Shown piece after piece: positions 1 through 15,485 of a stretch of 64,000 nucleotides of DNA. The stretch's first letter is position 1, and each line of letters begins with the position of its first letter. Source of the stretch: Eledone cirrhosa (Eukaryota); contig OZ024746.1 of the NCBI GenBank assembly GCA_964016885.1, forward strand, positions 20,522,001 through 20,586,000, read 5' to 3'. The notes beneath the pieces are model-generated. The model searched no databases. It was not told the DNA's origin and worked only from the letters and a program-made list of their open reading frames with translations. The position numbers and the translations under genes are program-made.

Positions 1-64
1 ATCTGTTACTCAGAAATAGGATATGTCAATATGGCGGTCCTATAACTCCATCAGGAGTTACGGA

Positions 65-1165
65 ACCACACCATATCATACCATACCATACCATACCATA
101 CCATACCATACCATACCATACCATACCATACCATACCATACTATACCATACCATATTATACCATATTATACCATACCATATTACACCATACCATACTATA
201 CGATATCATACCATATCATACCATACTATACCATACCATACTATATCACACCATACCATACTATATCATACCATACCATACTATATCATACCATAGCATA
301 CCATACCATAGCATACCATAGCATACCATATCATACCATACCATACCACACCATACTATACCATACTATATATCATACCATACCATACCATACTATACTA
401 TACCATACCATACCACATCATACCATGCCATACCATACCATACTATACCATATTATATCATACCATACTATACGATATCATACCATATCATACCATACTA
501 TATCATACCATACCTTCATATATCATACCATACTATATCATACCATAGCATAGCATACCATACCATACCATATCATACCATACCATACTATACCATACTA
601 TACCATACCATACTATATCATACCTTACCATACCATACTATACCATACCATATCATACCATACCAAACTATGCCATACCATACCAAACTATGCCATACCA
701 TATTATACCATACCATACCATATTATATCATACCATATCATACCATACCATACTATATCATACCATACCATACCATATCATACTATACCATACCATACCA
801 TACCATACCATATCATACTATACCATACCATACCATACCATACCATACCATACCATACCATACCATACCATACCATATCATACTATACCATACCATACCA
901 TACCATACCATACCATACCATACCATACCATACCATACCATACCATACCATACCATACCATACTATATCATACCATACCATACCATACCATATCATACTA
1001 TACCATAGCATATCATACCATACCATACCATACTATATCATACCATACCATACCATACCATACCATACCATACCATACCATACCATACCATACCATACCA
1101 TACTATATCATACCATACCATACCATATCATACCATACCATATCATACCATACCATACCATACCA
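65..1165. repeat. (CCATA)n pentanucleotide microsatellite, degenerate
   Basis: Direct reading; explains the YHTIP-repeat ORFs. Confidence 0.97.
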
Positions 1166-1965
1166 ATAGGTTTGGATAAAACATTTCTCTTTAATCAAAG
1201 TCATTGGTGGGGGATGGTTTATGCTATATAATACGTTCCATTGCTCTTTTACAGCCCTGTGACACGATTCCTTATCTTTAGTAGATTTAAGTACATTTAA
1301 TGTACACGTATATAACACCGGTATCTGTGATATGGCACATACTTATAACCTATAAGTTGAGCGTTGAGATTCTTCAAACTAAGAATACATCAATACAAAT
1401 TAACAGCCGAACTTTTCATCTAACAAGTCGAACGATTCATTTATGCTAGAAGACAACCAATAATTAAAAATATAAAGTCCCCCCCCCCCCCCCAAACCAA
1501 AGGCAAACTCTCACCACAGAATAAAATAAAGAAGAAAAAAAAAAACATTAAAATAATAGATTACATCTATAATAGATCTCTAAAAGGAATACTTGGAAAC
1601 TCTCGTATACACTTATTTCCAAATTGGATTTCGATATTTTAGCCACATTCCATTATAAAATTGAACTAGCTAACTCTCAATTCAATTGTTTTATTTATTT
1701 CTATTTTTTTAAATCTGTCAACACCAATCAGAATCTCTATCAGAATCGACACTCATAGACAGAAGAGAAACTAAGAAAAATATCAAGACCAACCAACAAA
1801 ACATACTTAGGCACTCTATATCAAAAGTATGATGTTAGCTAGAAAACCAGCTGCAGCCTTTGTGTCGTCACTTACAAACTCTCACGTTATCTCTATGCTA
1901 TAAAAATATATTTGTCTGTTTTAGTTTATTACAATTCCCATTTAATACAATGTCTAAAAGATCAA

Positions 1966-2275
1966 GGCGGTGAATTGGCGGAGTGGTTAAAACGTCGGAT
2001 GGAATGCTTTTTTGCAACATTCTTTCCAGTTCTCTGCTCTATCATTTCAAATCCCGCCGACGTCAGCTTTGCCTTTCATCCATACAAGGTCGATAAAAAA
2101 AGTACCCGTCTAGTACTGGAGTTGATTCTTCCTCTACATCTTTTTCTCACTCTCTCTATCCTTCTCTGGAAGAAATTTGCTGTATTCAGACCGAGAGAGG
2201 AGATGGGCTCAGTCAGGTTTAAACATTACCTTAGAAATGCTGCACGGCTCTCTGGGGAGGGAGCCATGGGACCAT
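1966..2275 (+). mobile_element. tRNA-derived SINE, long-tail variant
   Basis: Head ggcggtgaattggcg, B-box-like ttcaaatccc, central gcctttcatcc...gtcgataaaa..gtacc; tail ttctctggaagaaatttgctgtattc...ggagatgggctc shared with 45795-46124 and 46518-46857. Confidence 0.8.
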
Positions 2276-2933
2276 ACCATATATACTAAAAGGCCAGCTT
2301 AGGCTAAAAATTGTTCTTACTGAAGGCGTATTTTATTTGATAGAATATCATTGGTTTTCTCGTTATTTTCATGCAAGAAGTTAAACGGCTTTTTACAACA
2401 TTTAAAGTAGTGCGGTATCTCATACATTTTACTGCAGATACGCGTTCATTATGAACAGTATATTTTATAATTTAGTTGTGTAAATGGCATATCGCTAATT
2501 TAGGCATATTAAAGAAAGATACAGGATTAAGTTTATTTTATTTGAATTATTGAACACATTATATTTTTATTCTTGAATTTTTTTAATTCTTAAAATATCT
2601 TTAAGATTGAGGGGAAACTAGTGTGTGGGAGGCAAACAACCCGTGGACATAACATTGTTCCTCAAACGTGTGGAAACGGGAGTGCCTGAAGAAAACCACC
2701 TGTAGATAGATATATAGATAGGTAGACAGATAGACAAACGGATAAGCGGAAACAGTAATATTGATACGCTTGTATCAGAATAAGACATGCATGGATGTGG
2801 TCTTGGCGGAGGCCTTGAAATGAGGAGGATAATCGTAAATCGGGAAAGATAGTAAACACACACACAAAGAGAGAGAGACATAGAGAGAGAGAGATACTAT
2901 TTATATAAATATATATATAGTAGGATGTATTTA

Positions 2934-3783
2934 TCTAATATATATTTGTGAAATGGGTGGTGGTTGAAATTCAGATGTGCACGGTTAAATGGTAGTAGAC
3001 GTGGTCGGACGGACATGAAAATTTACACACCTATGTAGAAAGTGCCAAGGAAGCAAATAGACGAGGTTTCAAATCTCTAACTTGAAAAATGTGGTCCCTA
3101 GGGCCTCCAAACGGTCTATTTACTATCGCGTTCGGTGAGTTATTTCCCCCTGTTCTAATACTTGGATGAGTTATTTACAATTTCCCGTTCTTTCGCTGTT
3201 AACATACAGTACCAATAATTTGAAAAATATTATTGAAAGTTTATTATAAAGAAGCAGTTTCAGGAAAAAAAATAGAAATATGCACTTGGGGCTGGACGGC
3301 GTACAATGAGAAGTGGAGCGACGTGAAAAGCGTTGTTTATTAACAGCGAAATAGCAATGTCGATGATATGCAAGTTTGAAAATGCAGATTAATAAACTGT
3401 TGCCTTCTACAGTACGTTTCATTTTCACAGTACCGTTTTATGAAATCGATTCTGCAGTACGGTCACTGTTTTCCATCAAAAGAAATAAAACCCTTAAATT
3501 GCGAAGAAGGGACGCGTGTTTTTATTTTAATTCTAATACATGTTAACCACCACTAACAGTAAGTAGTATTTTTCAAATTGCATATCATCGACATTGCTAT
3601 TTCGCTGTTAATAAACAACGCTTTTCACGTCGCTCCACTTCTCATTGTACGCCGTCCAGCCCCAAGTGCATATTTCTATTTTTTTTCCTGAAACTGCTTC
3701 TTTATAATAAACTTTCAATAATATTTTTCAAATTATTAACTTAATAAAAAGTGTCTCCGGGTGCAACCGGGCTCAGCTGCTAG
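2934..3783 (+). mobile_element. Non-autonomous Helitron-like element with internal ~170-bp inverted repeat
   Basis: A|TC start (tctaatatata), 3' GC-rich near-hairpin ccgggtgcaaccggg followed by CTAG|T; arms 3214-3383 and 3568-3737 are reverse complements. The 5' boundary is tentative. Confidence 0.6.
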
Positions 3784-4167
3784 TATATATATTTGGTAAG
3801 TGTGATGTTAGTATTTCTATGATGTACATGGTTGTTCGAGTTGTCTGTCACATACATACACGGGAACCGAGTGGAACCAAGATGATTTTTGTGGGATGTC
3901 TGGGCCCAGTAGTTTGAATGCTGACAGGGCACTTCTCTGGTAGCAGTAATAGTTGTGTCAGTTTTTATGCTGATGGATATCGAAATCTCTTGCAGTATAT
4001 GCAACCTTTCGCAGACTTATCAACACTACCATGTGACCTGAACCAACCAATGGAGGTCCTGGGCAACATGGCCTCAAACTTTTTCTCAATCTTGTTTTAC
4101 TTTTCTCCAATGCATCTGATGATTTAGGCGTGCTTTCCTCAGACTATGTATGGATCTCTCTCTCCCC

Positions 4168-4225
<58 letters not shown>

Positions 4226-4920
4226 GTGGAGAAGTTTGTTCTGAGTGATGGCAGCGACCGCGTCGTCGTTACCAACACTGCCATAGTTGCCGGCGTTAAA
4301 TATGTATTATACGTTTTCTTAAAGTAAAATTTGTAACAAACACTTAAATATATATAGTACAATGATATCAATTTTGACACAATATTGAACTTGAAATATG
4401 AAAATGTACTTTACTTAAGACGTACATTTTTAAAAACATTTTTAGCATACAATAGAAACTTGTAAATTTCTATGAAATTAGTTAAAATGAATTCTTACTC
4501 TCATTGTATATTGTTCTGTGAAATACTGAAAACCTAAAAAAATATCTGAACTGTATTATTTTACAGCAATATATCATTATAATACATGTCTCTAGATTTT
4601 TTTAGTGTAGATGAACAATTAATATTTCCTGTGGAATTTTCGTGGATTCACCTAGTTAAAAAATATTTCCTTATTTCTTGGTTATTACCTATATTAACAA
4701 ACAGACTAAAAATCAAGTTTAGAAGTGTCTTTTTGTCTTTCTCTTACAACAGCAAAAACCCATCTATCATGTATCTCTAACCCCCCCCCCCCCCCCTTCT
4801 CCTCTCTCTTGCACATAAACAAACACTGACAATCTAATTTATAATATTAGATTTGTTATCGTAGTGAGAATTAATGATTTTTGACATTTTATAACAATAA
4901 GAATTTCTAACAGTAGGACA

Positions 4921-5175
4921 AATTAATAATTGTTTCTACTATTGGCACAAGGCCAGCAATTACCCAGTACATTACTGGTACTTTATTTTATCGACCCCGT
5001 AAGGATGAAAGGCAAAGTTAACCTCGGAGGGATTTGAACTCAGAATGGTAAGGGCCGTAACTCTATGCAAATTAATAATTGTTTCTATTTTAGACACAAG
5101 GCCAGCAATTAACCAGTACATTACTGGTACTTTATTTTATCGACCCCGTAAGGATGAAAGGCAAAGTTAACCTCA
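4921..5175 (-). mobile_element. Two tandem 5'-truncated copies of the short-tail SINE
   Basis: aattgtttcta...cacaaggccagcaatt..ccagtacattactggtactttattttatcgaccccgtaaggatgaaaggc occurs twice. Confidence 0.88.
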
Positions 5176-5624
5176 TTAGGAATATATGACAGAAGAAATA
5201 ATGGAAAAGAAATATTAGAAAAGGTAGAAAATTCTGCGTGCATATCGATATTAAAAGAATTGAGACATAACTGTTTGGAAATAAAGTAAAATGTAGTGTC
5301 TTTGAGGTATAATCTCATCACACTTTCCATCCCCCGACAGTCTTTCAACACATAACCAAGGAGTAAAGACTCCCATAGCATTGTTCATCTCAATGTAAAT
5401 AAAATGCATCTTCTATAATTTTGCATTTGTCATTGTGTAACTTTTTGTTATGCATATATTTTTTATTTTTTCCAGCATAAAAGAAAATAATATATTATCA
5501 TTATGTCACTCAGTTATTTATTCTCTAAACAATTACATAATAATTCTTCTATCCCTATTTCTATGTGTACGGTGAAATATATGTTTCGCTGATGGGAATT
5601 GTCTCCTGTACCTATCAAAATAGT

Positions 5625-5810
5625 TGTTTCTATTTGGACGGAAAGAAAACGTCGATTAAATCGCCCCCATTGCGTAACTGGTGCTTTATTTTATCGACAC
5701 CGATAACCTCGATGGGATTTAAACTCAGAACGTAAAGGGCCGTAACTATATGCAGTAAAACATGTTTTCTGACGCTCTACCAATACTACCAATACTACCA
5801 ATACCCACCC
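5625..5810 (-). mobile_element. Diverged SINE copy (third tail variant)
   Basis: gtcgattaaatcg...ctggtgctttattttatcgac...gggatttaaactcagaacgtaaaggg; reverse complement resembles 31202-31420. Confidence 0.65.
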
Positions 5811-6280
5811 TTGTACTTATCAAAATGATTATAATATTACTAGTTAATTACTATCGCCTAATATTTTCCTAGTTAGTCTTTTAATGTCCATCGCATCAAA
5901 TATGTTGACACTAATTCAACTGTTGTTTTTTTGTGTGGATGGTGTTTTCTGAATTATTTATTTCCTAAGCAACCATATTTATGTTCACTCTAACTCAAAT
6001 CTTTGGTAAAATTGGTAATTCTAGTCGTGTAGTTTCAACAAAACAGACTTTATCACAATGGCTATACATCAAATAGCATTTTTAATACTATTCAAAACAA
6101 TGGATTTTGTGAATTAAAGCAGAACTTACAACAGGACACCATGCTGGAATAATATATTTTTAACTTAAGAAAATTAATCTTATGTTCAGATACATTTTTA
6201 TAGAAATGGATACATGAAAAATTAATATAAGTTCTCAGTTAAAAGACGAAATTTGACGTCAGAATGAATTCTGAGTTATA

Positions 6281-6475
6281 CGAGGGTGGGCTGAAAAGTT
6301 CATAGGCTGACTATGAAGGAGTGATGCTAGAACTGTGAAATCTTGCAGGCATTAATTTCAATTCTTATTAATAATTGCATTATTTCTTTTCAGGAACTAT
6401 GTTGAAAAACAAACCTCATTTGGTCATTCAATGAGAGTATCTTGGTCAGCATATGAACTTCTCAGCCGACCCTCG
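6281..6475. mobile_element. Tc1/mariner-type MITE (~195 bp)
   Basis: TIRs cgagggtgggctgaaaagttcata / tatgaacttctcagccgaccctcg, TA on both sides; further copies at 47252, 47586 and ~55455. Confidence 0.88.
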
Positions 6476-7240
6476 TAATTCACAAGTAACAATAAAAAAT
6501 ACCAGTATTATCATTGTAGTTTTTCAAATGATGACACACATTATCCTGCATAAAAAACACACACAGCCATGTCTTTTTTTCCATTGTTGTTTAGATGAAT
6601 GAACGTAAAAAAAACAACAAAGAAATTAGGAAAGTTTACTCTGCGTGAAATGTTAATAAAGACTGCTCAAGTTACTGTGCTGTTCAAGTTTCACATCCCA
6701 CGCCAGTCTCTTCAACAGGTTTTTAGCATTAGCTTTTGCCATCGGCAGTCATATAATCAATACATTGCTTACCAAGTAAAGGATATATCGTTCAACGCCT
6801 ACAATTCATTGGATATGTTAGCGAATGTATGTGACTGCGTGTATGTGTAGTAGTAGTAGTAGTAGTAGTAGTATATGTGTGTATGTGTGTTGTGTGTATG
6901 TATGTGTTAATATGATAATTGTAGTGATCAATACGGGTTCGAGAATAAACCATCACCATGGTTACAGTCAATAAACGGACAAAACGCAGCTTGTCTACAA
7001 TAAGCAGCCTGTTACTAAGCAACGGAAATTGGTTTCTGTGGTGGAGAAATAATAAGTTTAGAACGAATCAATATATGGATACACACACATTAAACATATG
7101 CATTTACATATATACATGTGCCTATGTAAACATAATAATAATATACATAATATATACACACACACGCAAATACACTCGTATATATGTGAATAGATGACAA
7201 TATATATAAGCATATTTTTCATAATATATAATATAATATA

Positions 7241-7337
<97 letters not shown>

Positions 7338-8119
7338 AAGATTTAAATATTTATCAGCAAATATAAAAATAAAAGCACATTCTTACGCCCACACATTTTC
7401 CGAAAGCAACACACACAAATATACACAAACACACACATATAGATTGCATTGCGGTACATTCACTTTATCAGCAGACGATAGGAGGTCACAGTGATTTCGG
7501 AGCCTTCCGACTGTATCGGCCTCTCCAGTGATACAAACCCACGACTTTCCCACCTCTACGGGCATCGTATATTGCCACCCTCATGTCCCACACGATTCCA
7601 ACATCGTTGTTCATACACCGCGTCATTCCTTTCAGCTTTCCCCTCCATATTGTCGTCTCAAGAGAACTCAAATGTTTCTTTCACCCTCTGCACCTTTCTG
7701 CCACGAGCACCATTAAAAATCTGGGTATTGACTTTGCATTGTTTATGCTCTTCCGCTGAACGTTTTCGCCATCCTGTGGAAAACAACAGGTTGCGATCTG
7801 ATGTTGATTTTCATTACACCGTGGCTGCTATATTTCTACATTAATGCATCAACTAGGATACTCAAAACATGGTTATAGATATACTCTGTAGTATGTAACA
7901 GCATTGAAAGAAAACATTGTTAATATACTGATCGAAATAGATGTGCCAAAAATGTGATATATGCGAATAGATCTATCATATTTACATATGCCCTGTTGAC
8001 AATCACTGATGAAATGCCAACACAGGCGTCAAACTAGTTAAGCTGACCTATAGTTATTGCACACGAAGATTAGTTATTTATATTTGTCTATTACAGTACG
8101 TCATTATTTTATTATTACC

Positions 8120-8305
8120 TGGTGGATTGGCAGTATCGGTAGAGGGTCGGACGCCATGCTTTCCAGCATAGTTACGTCCCTTTACGATCTGAGTTCAAAT
8201 CCCGCCGAGGTTGACTTTGCCTTTCATCCTTACGGGGTCGATAAAATAAAGTACCAGTAATGCACTGGGTAATTGCTGGCCTTGTGCCTAAAGTAGAAAC
8301 AATTA
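8120..8305 (+). mobile_element. Full-length short-tail tRNA-derived SINE
   Basis: A-box-like tggcagtatcgg, B-box gagttcaaatccc, conserved central domain, tail ...gtagaaacaattatt; flanking duplication ttattattacc. Confidence 0.92.
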
Positions 8306-8319
8306 TTTATTATTACCCG

Positions 8320-8620
8320 TAAAACTTGGTGGAGTCGTATGGGCGCCGGCGTTTCTGGAGCATTTTTTAACATGGCGGAGCCCATCGACTCTTCAGGTTT
8401 AAACAGAACAGATTTCTTCCAGAGAGGGAGAGTGAGAGTGATAGAGGGGAAGTGATAAAGAGATATCGAGCAAGAATCGACCTCAGTATTGGACTACTAC
8501 TTTTTTTTTATCGACCTCGAACGGCTGAAAGGCAAAGTTGACCTTAACGGGTTTTGAACCCAGAGAGCAAAGAGCCGGAAATAATACTGTAAAACATTCT
8601 AACGATTCTGCCAATTCTCC
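8320..8620 (-). mobile_element. Diverged long-tail SINE
   Basis: gagcccatc...cagatttcttccagagag...tttatcgacctc...gaaaggcaaagttgacc...ctgccaattc. Confidence 0.7.
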
Positions 8621-10089
8621 ACTTTATCTATTACATAGTTTTGACTAAAGTTAACACACACGCACACACACTGACATACATACACATACACATTCATATG
8701 TGTGTGTGTGTGTATCTGAGTGTGCATTTCTTTTTGTATATATATATATATATAAAAAGAAATGCATACTCAGATACACACACATTGTATGTTTGGGAAT
8801 TTTGGACTTCTTTGGGATAAATTCGAATGCGCAGAGTTTGCATTATTAACGCAATTGCTTCAGCTGTATGTCATTATCTTATTCAAAGCGATATCGGTTT
8901 GAATTGACTTTCTGGGAGCCTTATAGAAAGTTTGGCCTGATAGATTTCGAGTGCTTCTAGCGAGGTATATAGTTACAGTTTCCATTTGAAATAGAAATTA
9001 TTAATTCCATTATATTTTTGTAAAAAGAAAAAAACAAAACAAAAAAAAAACAGCCCCCCCCCCCCCCCCCCCACACACAAACACACATTGTCCGATTACA
9101 TTATGGTTAGAGCTATGTCATTTGTGAAGCTGAGATCCCACGTTGGGTAAAATATTCGTTCCTTGAACAATAGATTAGTGAGGTGGAGTAGAGTTTCTGC
9201 TATGATATTTACTGCTAGAGTTTCTGCAGAATTTGATGACCCCCATCAAAAATGCATTAATATGTTGATCCGGTTTAATCAATACTTTTCCTATTTCACT
9301 GGGGCATTCTTCAAAGTTTCTATTATGTTTTGAGATATTCGATGGATGATATTTTGTATATTAATGAGTTTGACAGTAGCAAAAGAAAATTCAGTGAATG
9401 ATATCTTCATTTGTGTACATGGCAACTAAACCATCGTTCAGACTGGAGTGTAGTGAATGTCCTTCCTTTATTCCCTTTCTTTCGTTGCTTGATCCTTCTT
9501 TCATTTTCTTTTTCTCATTTCTTTTTCTTTTCATCCATTTCATGTTTTTTCGTTCTTTTCTGTTCCCTTTAATAGTGTTTTGTTTTTCTGAGATATTGTT
9601 CAATATGTAGCTTACTTTACTTCTTTCTTATAAGTACGAAAGACCTCATACCTTGGAATGTATATTTTTGTATATGTTCTGTTTATTACTAGATACGTTT
9701 CTGTTACTATTTGCGGTGGCCTTGGGAGTTGCTGTACTTAACTTTGAATCTGATTCCGTTGCAGACAATTCCACTATTACACAAATATCTGCATAAAGTT
9801 CAAAATGGTTTGTTGCTCGAATTCCGTAGTTTGCACTACATCTTCGTGATATCTTTGATGGGAACAGATGAGAGATATGTAGTGTCCTCTTCCAGTGAGT
9901 AGTATATGCACCTGGTATAATGAATTGAAACGGAAGTTATTGGGAACAGCTATTTAGTCACGTGTCAGAACTCTGAACACGCTACTAAGAATGTTTTTTA
10001 AAAAACTAAATCTCGGTTATCCCAAACCTATAGCAATTTGTGCAATGACCAAGGTTAAATTACAATAAAATGTTTTCAAATTCTTGATT

Positions 10090-11250
10090 AATGGATTTAC
10101 AATGTTTAAATTGGATGAGAAAAATGAAACACGTTAGCAATAAAGCCTTGTATAAAGTGTGAAATGTTAAAATATGAGCTCACAAAACCGAATTTTTAAA
10201 AAAGAAGCATGTTTCTTCCTCTAAACATAAAGAAATAGTGCAATATTGCTGTAATAAACTAAAATTTGCAAAAGAAAAAAAAAAAAAAAAGACCAGCTGC
10301 CAAAGCAGTTTTTTCCAGCACAAAATAAACAAAATTAAAACTACAGCTAGCAACATTTATAGCATGCCAGGCAAGTATTCGTAGCATCGATCCTTGAGGA
10401 GAATTCAACAATAAAGGAATTCTTTCATTATCAATTGCAGCTGATTTGAAACTGCACAGTAAAAACTTTCCTTCAGCCACAAGATGGTTAGTGAGAAGTA
10501 ACAGTGTATTTCAAATGACATTCTCTAGTTGTGATAAATGTCATAAAAAGGAACTCCGCACTGTCTACTCAGATGTAATTAATTGTTTCTATTTTAGGCA
10601 CAAGGCCAGCAATTAAACAGTACATTACTGGTACTTTATTTTATCGACCCCGTAAGGATGAAAGGCAAAGTTAACCTCGGCAGGATTTGAACTCAGATCA
10701 AAAAGGGAGGTAACTCTATGCTTCAAAGCATGGTGTCCGACTCGCTCCGATACTGCCAATCCACGTAATTAATGAAGTCTATTGAAGATTTATGAGACTT
10801 GTGTTGAACGAATCCGAAAAAATTATATTTCTCTTCCACGAAAAGGCGAATTCTAGTAATGTCATGGATAAACTACGCAATTTTGCATTGTCTGTGCCTA
10901 CAAGAATTTTGTATCCTCAATGTGAGAATCTTGTAAGAAATTTAAATTTAAATATAGTACGTCTCTTATGAAAAAAACAAAACAACAAACTGATTTTGGA
11001 TATGAATTTTCTAACTCTTTTATCAGGAAAATTTAATAGAACAAATTTCCAAAGAACGAAAAAATTCTGTATTCAAATGTTGCCTAAAAGTTTTGAGATG
11101 AATGTGAAAACAACTCATAACCGTGTATCTAGAAATATTGAAACCTTCATAAAATTGAAAAACATTCCCTAAGTGTTTGTTTAAATCATACTCACCTATA
11201 TTTTGCACAACTCTTTAGCTCAGGCTGATTAATCTAAAATTCGAAACAAA
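10090..11250 (+). pseudogene. Heavily decayed hAT-like transposase fragments, interrupted by a SINE
   Basis: Hand translation gives WMRK..NKALYKV*NVKI*AHK (BED-finger-like), LKLQLATFIACQASIRSID..DLKLH and RWLVR, resembling hAT transposase motifs; many stops. Confidence 0.45.
10580..10764 (-). mobile_element. Full-length short-tail SINE
   Basis: Reverse complement of the 8120-8305 consensus; flanked by duplicated gtaattaat. Confidence 0.9.
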
Positions 11251-11325
11251 ATATAGAAGGAGTGGTATAAACTGGTAACACTCGATTGGAAATGTATATT
11301 TCCTGAAGAACTTTTGTAGAGTTAT

Positions 11326-11510
11326 GGTCAGGCCAGGCTTCTGCCTGCTACTGGCATCATGTAAACCAGTACAGCCTGCTTCATAGTCGAGTGATCGGCG
11401 ACTAAACCAGCTCCCCCACTAGACTCTGGTCTGGTGAGGAAGACAAGTGGAACCCAAGCAGTGTTAAAAGGGGCGGATGAACTTCACAGAGTCAGTGATC
11501 ATCCATCACA
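11326..11510 (+). repeat. Dispersed repeat of unknown family; second copy on the minus strand at ~33720-33905
   Basis: caggcttctgcctgctactggca...gtcgagtgatcggcgac...ggtgagga..aagtggaaccc matches the reverse complement of 33720-33905. Confidence 0.7.
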
Positions 11511-11647
11511 ACTATGTAATCAATCGAATGTTTGATTCGATCCCGTTCGCTCGATGCTGAGATCTCTGTGATTTAACCATCGAGTTGTATTTTTACAGAA
11601 AGGCTTAAAATATCATTATATGTTTACTAAGCATATCATAACGTTTT

Positions 11648-11680
<33 letters not shown>

Positions 11681-12077
11681 AACACATATACATACCCCCC
11701 CCATATATCTATATATACATACATACACACACATATCCATATGTATGTACATGCACTGTTTGTGCATGTATATGCGTATATCAAAATATTGAAAACTTTA
11801 AAAACAGCAGACAAGAGAACAAAGCAGTATAGAAGTCTTTTGATTTCGTACAGATTTTATTGTCCTTTTCTCCAATCTATATCGTCGATTGCTATTATCA
11901 GCAAACTACCGTCTATACATATTGGACACGTAGATCTTGAAGATAGAGGCCAGAGAAATTGCTTACAACCGTTCATCAGTCGAATGGCATTGTATTTTAC
12001 TATTGATGCGAGCTCTCCTTTGAAGGAGAAAAAAAAAAGTACTACAAACACTCTCGATCTTACACAAATGGATGCGC

Positions 12078-13894
<1,817 letters not shown>

Positions 13895-13895
<1 letters not shown>

Positions 13896-14062
13896 TATCT
13901 CCTCCGAACACCCTATCTTAACTTTCACACCTGTTCTCTTCTTATGCTGATGAAGGACTTCTGTCCGAAACGTCCAACCCTCCTCCACTTCCCCCAAGCG
14001 TAAACCTAATATAACTTTGTATTTGTGCATCTCTGTTATTTGTTTTGTTTCATTTAACAACT
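13895..14062 (+). mobile_element. 3' terminal fragment of a Penelope-like element
   Basis: Similar to the 3' end of the 39674-41808 element (hammerhead motif, then agcgtaaacctaat..., then T-rich tail ending in (TA)n). Confidence 0.65.
13942..13980 (+). ncRNA. Minimal hammerhead ribozyme motif (Penelope type)
   Basis: CTGATGA-A-GGAC-ttct-GTCC-GAAA-CGTC; stem II perfect, palindromic ACGT stem III, stem I weak. Confidence 0.65.
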
Positions 14063-14376
14063 ATATATATATATATATATATACAAATATAAATTTAGCA
14101 GGAATCGCATTTCGGCGGGTAGAAATTAACGAAACGCAACTTCCATATTGTGCAGACAAGCGCTCCATGGATAAGAAGATACCAGAGCTATAAACATAAG
14201 TTAAAAAGGTCATACAAACCGAGACGATGGTTAAGAAGCCATTAACCACCAGAGCCAAAAAAGCGAACAAGCTAAACGGGTCAAACAAAATAAGATATGA
14301 TTGAAATAGTTACCCGGACCCTCAGAGAAGATGGAATACTCCGAATTTGGGTTTCGCCAACAACTAAATCAATAAT

Positions 14377-14561
14377 TGTTTCTACTTTAGGCACAAGGCC
14401 AGCAATTACCCAGTGCATTACTGGTACTTTATTTTATCGACCCCGTAAGGATGAAAGGCAAAGTCAACCTCGGCGGGAGTTGAACTCAGATCGTAAAGGG
14501 ACGTAACTATGCTGGAAAGCATGGCGTCCGACCCTCTACCGATACTGCCAATCCACCGCCC
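14377..14561 (-). mobile_element. Full-length short-tail SINE with TSD
   Basis: Consensus match; ctaaatcaataat at 14364-14376 and 14570-14582. Confidence 0.92.
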
Positions 14562-14942
14562 TTTCACACCTAAATCAATAATACTGTGTGTTTATAAAAA
14601 ATAAGCTTTTGGTATAATGATCGAACAAGGCATCACTTTCTCAACAGGCATTTTGTTCTTCGTGGGCCAGAATCTCACAGGTTTTGAAAGCACATGTGAG
14701 GTTCTAAGGGGAGAAAACCCCTATATTGGCCAGTGAATTCAGCGTGTGTAGTTATTGCAAAAATTCGCAAAAATAGCACAAAACAAATTAAGCTCTCGAC
14801 CGAGTTGTTTTTAAAATAAACTTAAGCGATTAATCAGTCAATAGAATTAACTAAAAAGCCAAAATAAATTAATTGGTTAATCGCTTGACTTGGGAGATTA
14901 ATACAAATATAAATTTAGCGAGAATCGCATTTCGGCGGGTAG

Positions 14943-15025
<83 letters not shown>

Positions 15026-15325
15026 GTATATATTGAGTTAGAAACTCAGAGTAGTCCCTTACAATTAAAATAGCTCAAGGAAAACATTTTCCGGGCCGTG
15101 TAATATAATTCAATATAATAAAGAATGATAAACACAGATATATACATATATGTGTTCTTTAGCGAATTAGCGAATTAGGTCCCTTATGATTTTAATCTGA
15201 TCCCTTATGATTTGAACACATCTATCTGTGTTTATGTCTCTTTATTATATTGAATTATATTACAGTTTAAGAAGATCCCGTTAAGGGTGAAAGCACCGAT
15301 TCTTTGCTTAAACTTTAATCTGTTA

Positions 15326-15432
<107 letters not shown>

Positions 15433-15438
15433 CATACG

Positions 15439-15485
<47 letters not shown>

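Noticed and set aside
23-1169. ORFs of YHTIP repeats (and all YI, HT, CV, LS repeat ORFs elsewhere)
   Set aside because: Translations of microsatellites lacking stop codons.
2670-2702. V-SINE-like motif on the minus strand (ggttttcttcaggcactcccgtttcc)
   Set aside because: Only ~30 bp, with no head or tail to support it.
7486-7760. Possible exon or RTE remnant (ETTIWRGKLKG)
   Set aside because: Similarity too weak to call either way.
8000-8059. CTGATGA-stem-(c)AAAC hammerhead-like motif
   Set aside because: G12 is missing and stems I and III are imperfect; at best a decayed copy.
8120-8200. tRNA gene candidates from A/B-box motifs (also 15585-15610)
   Set aside because: SINE heads; no cloverleaf can be formed.
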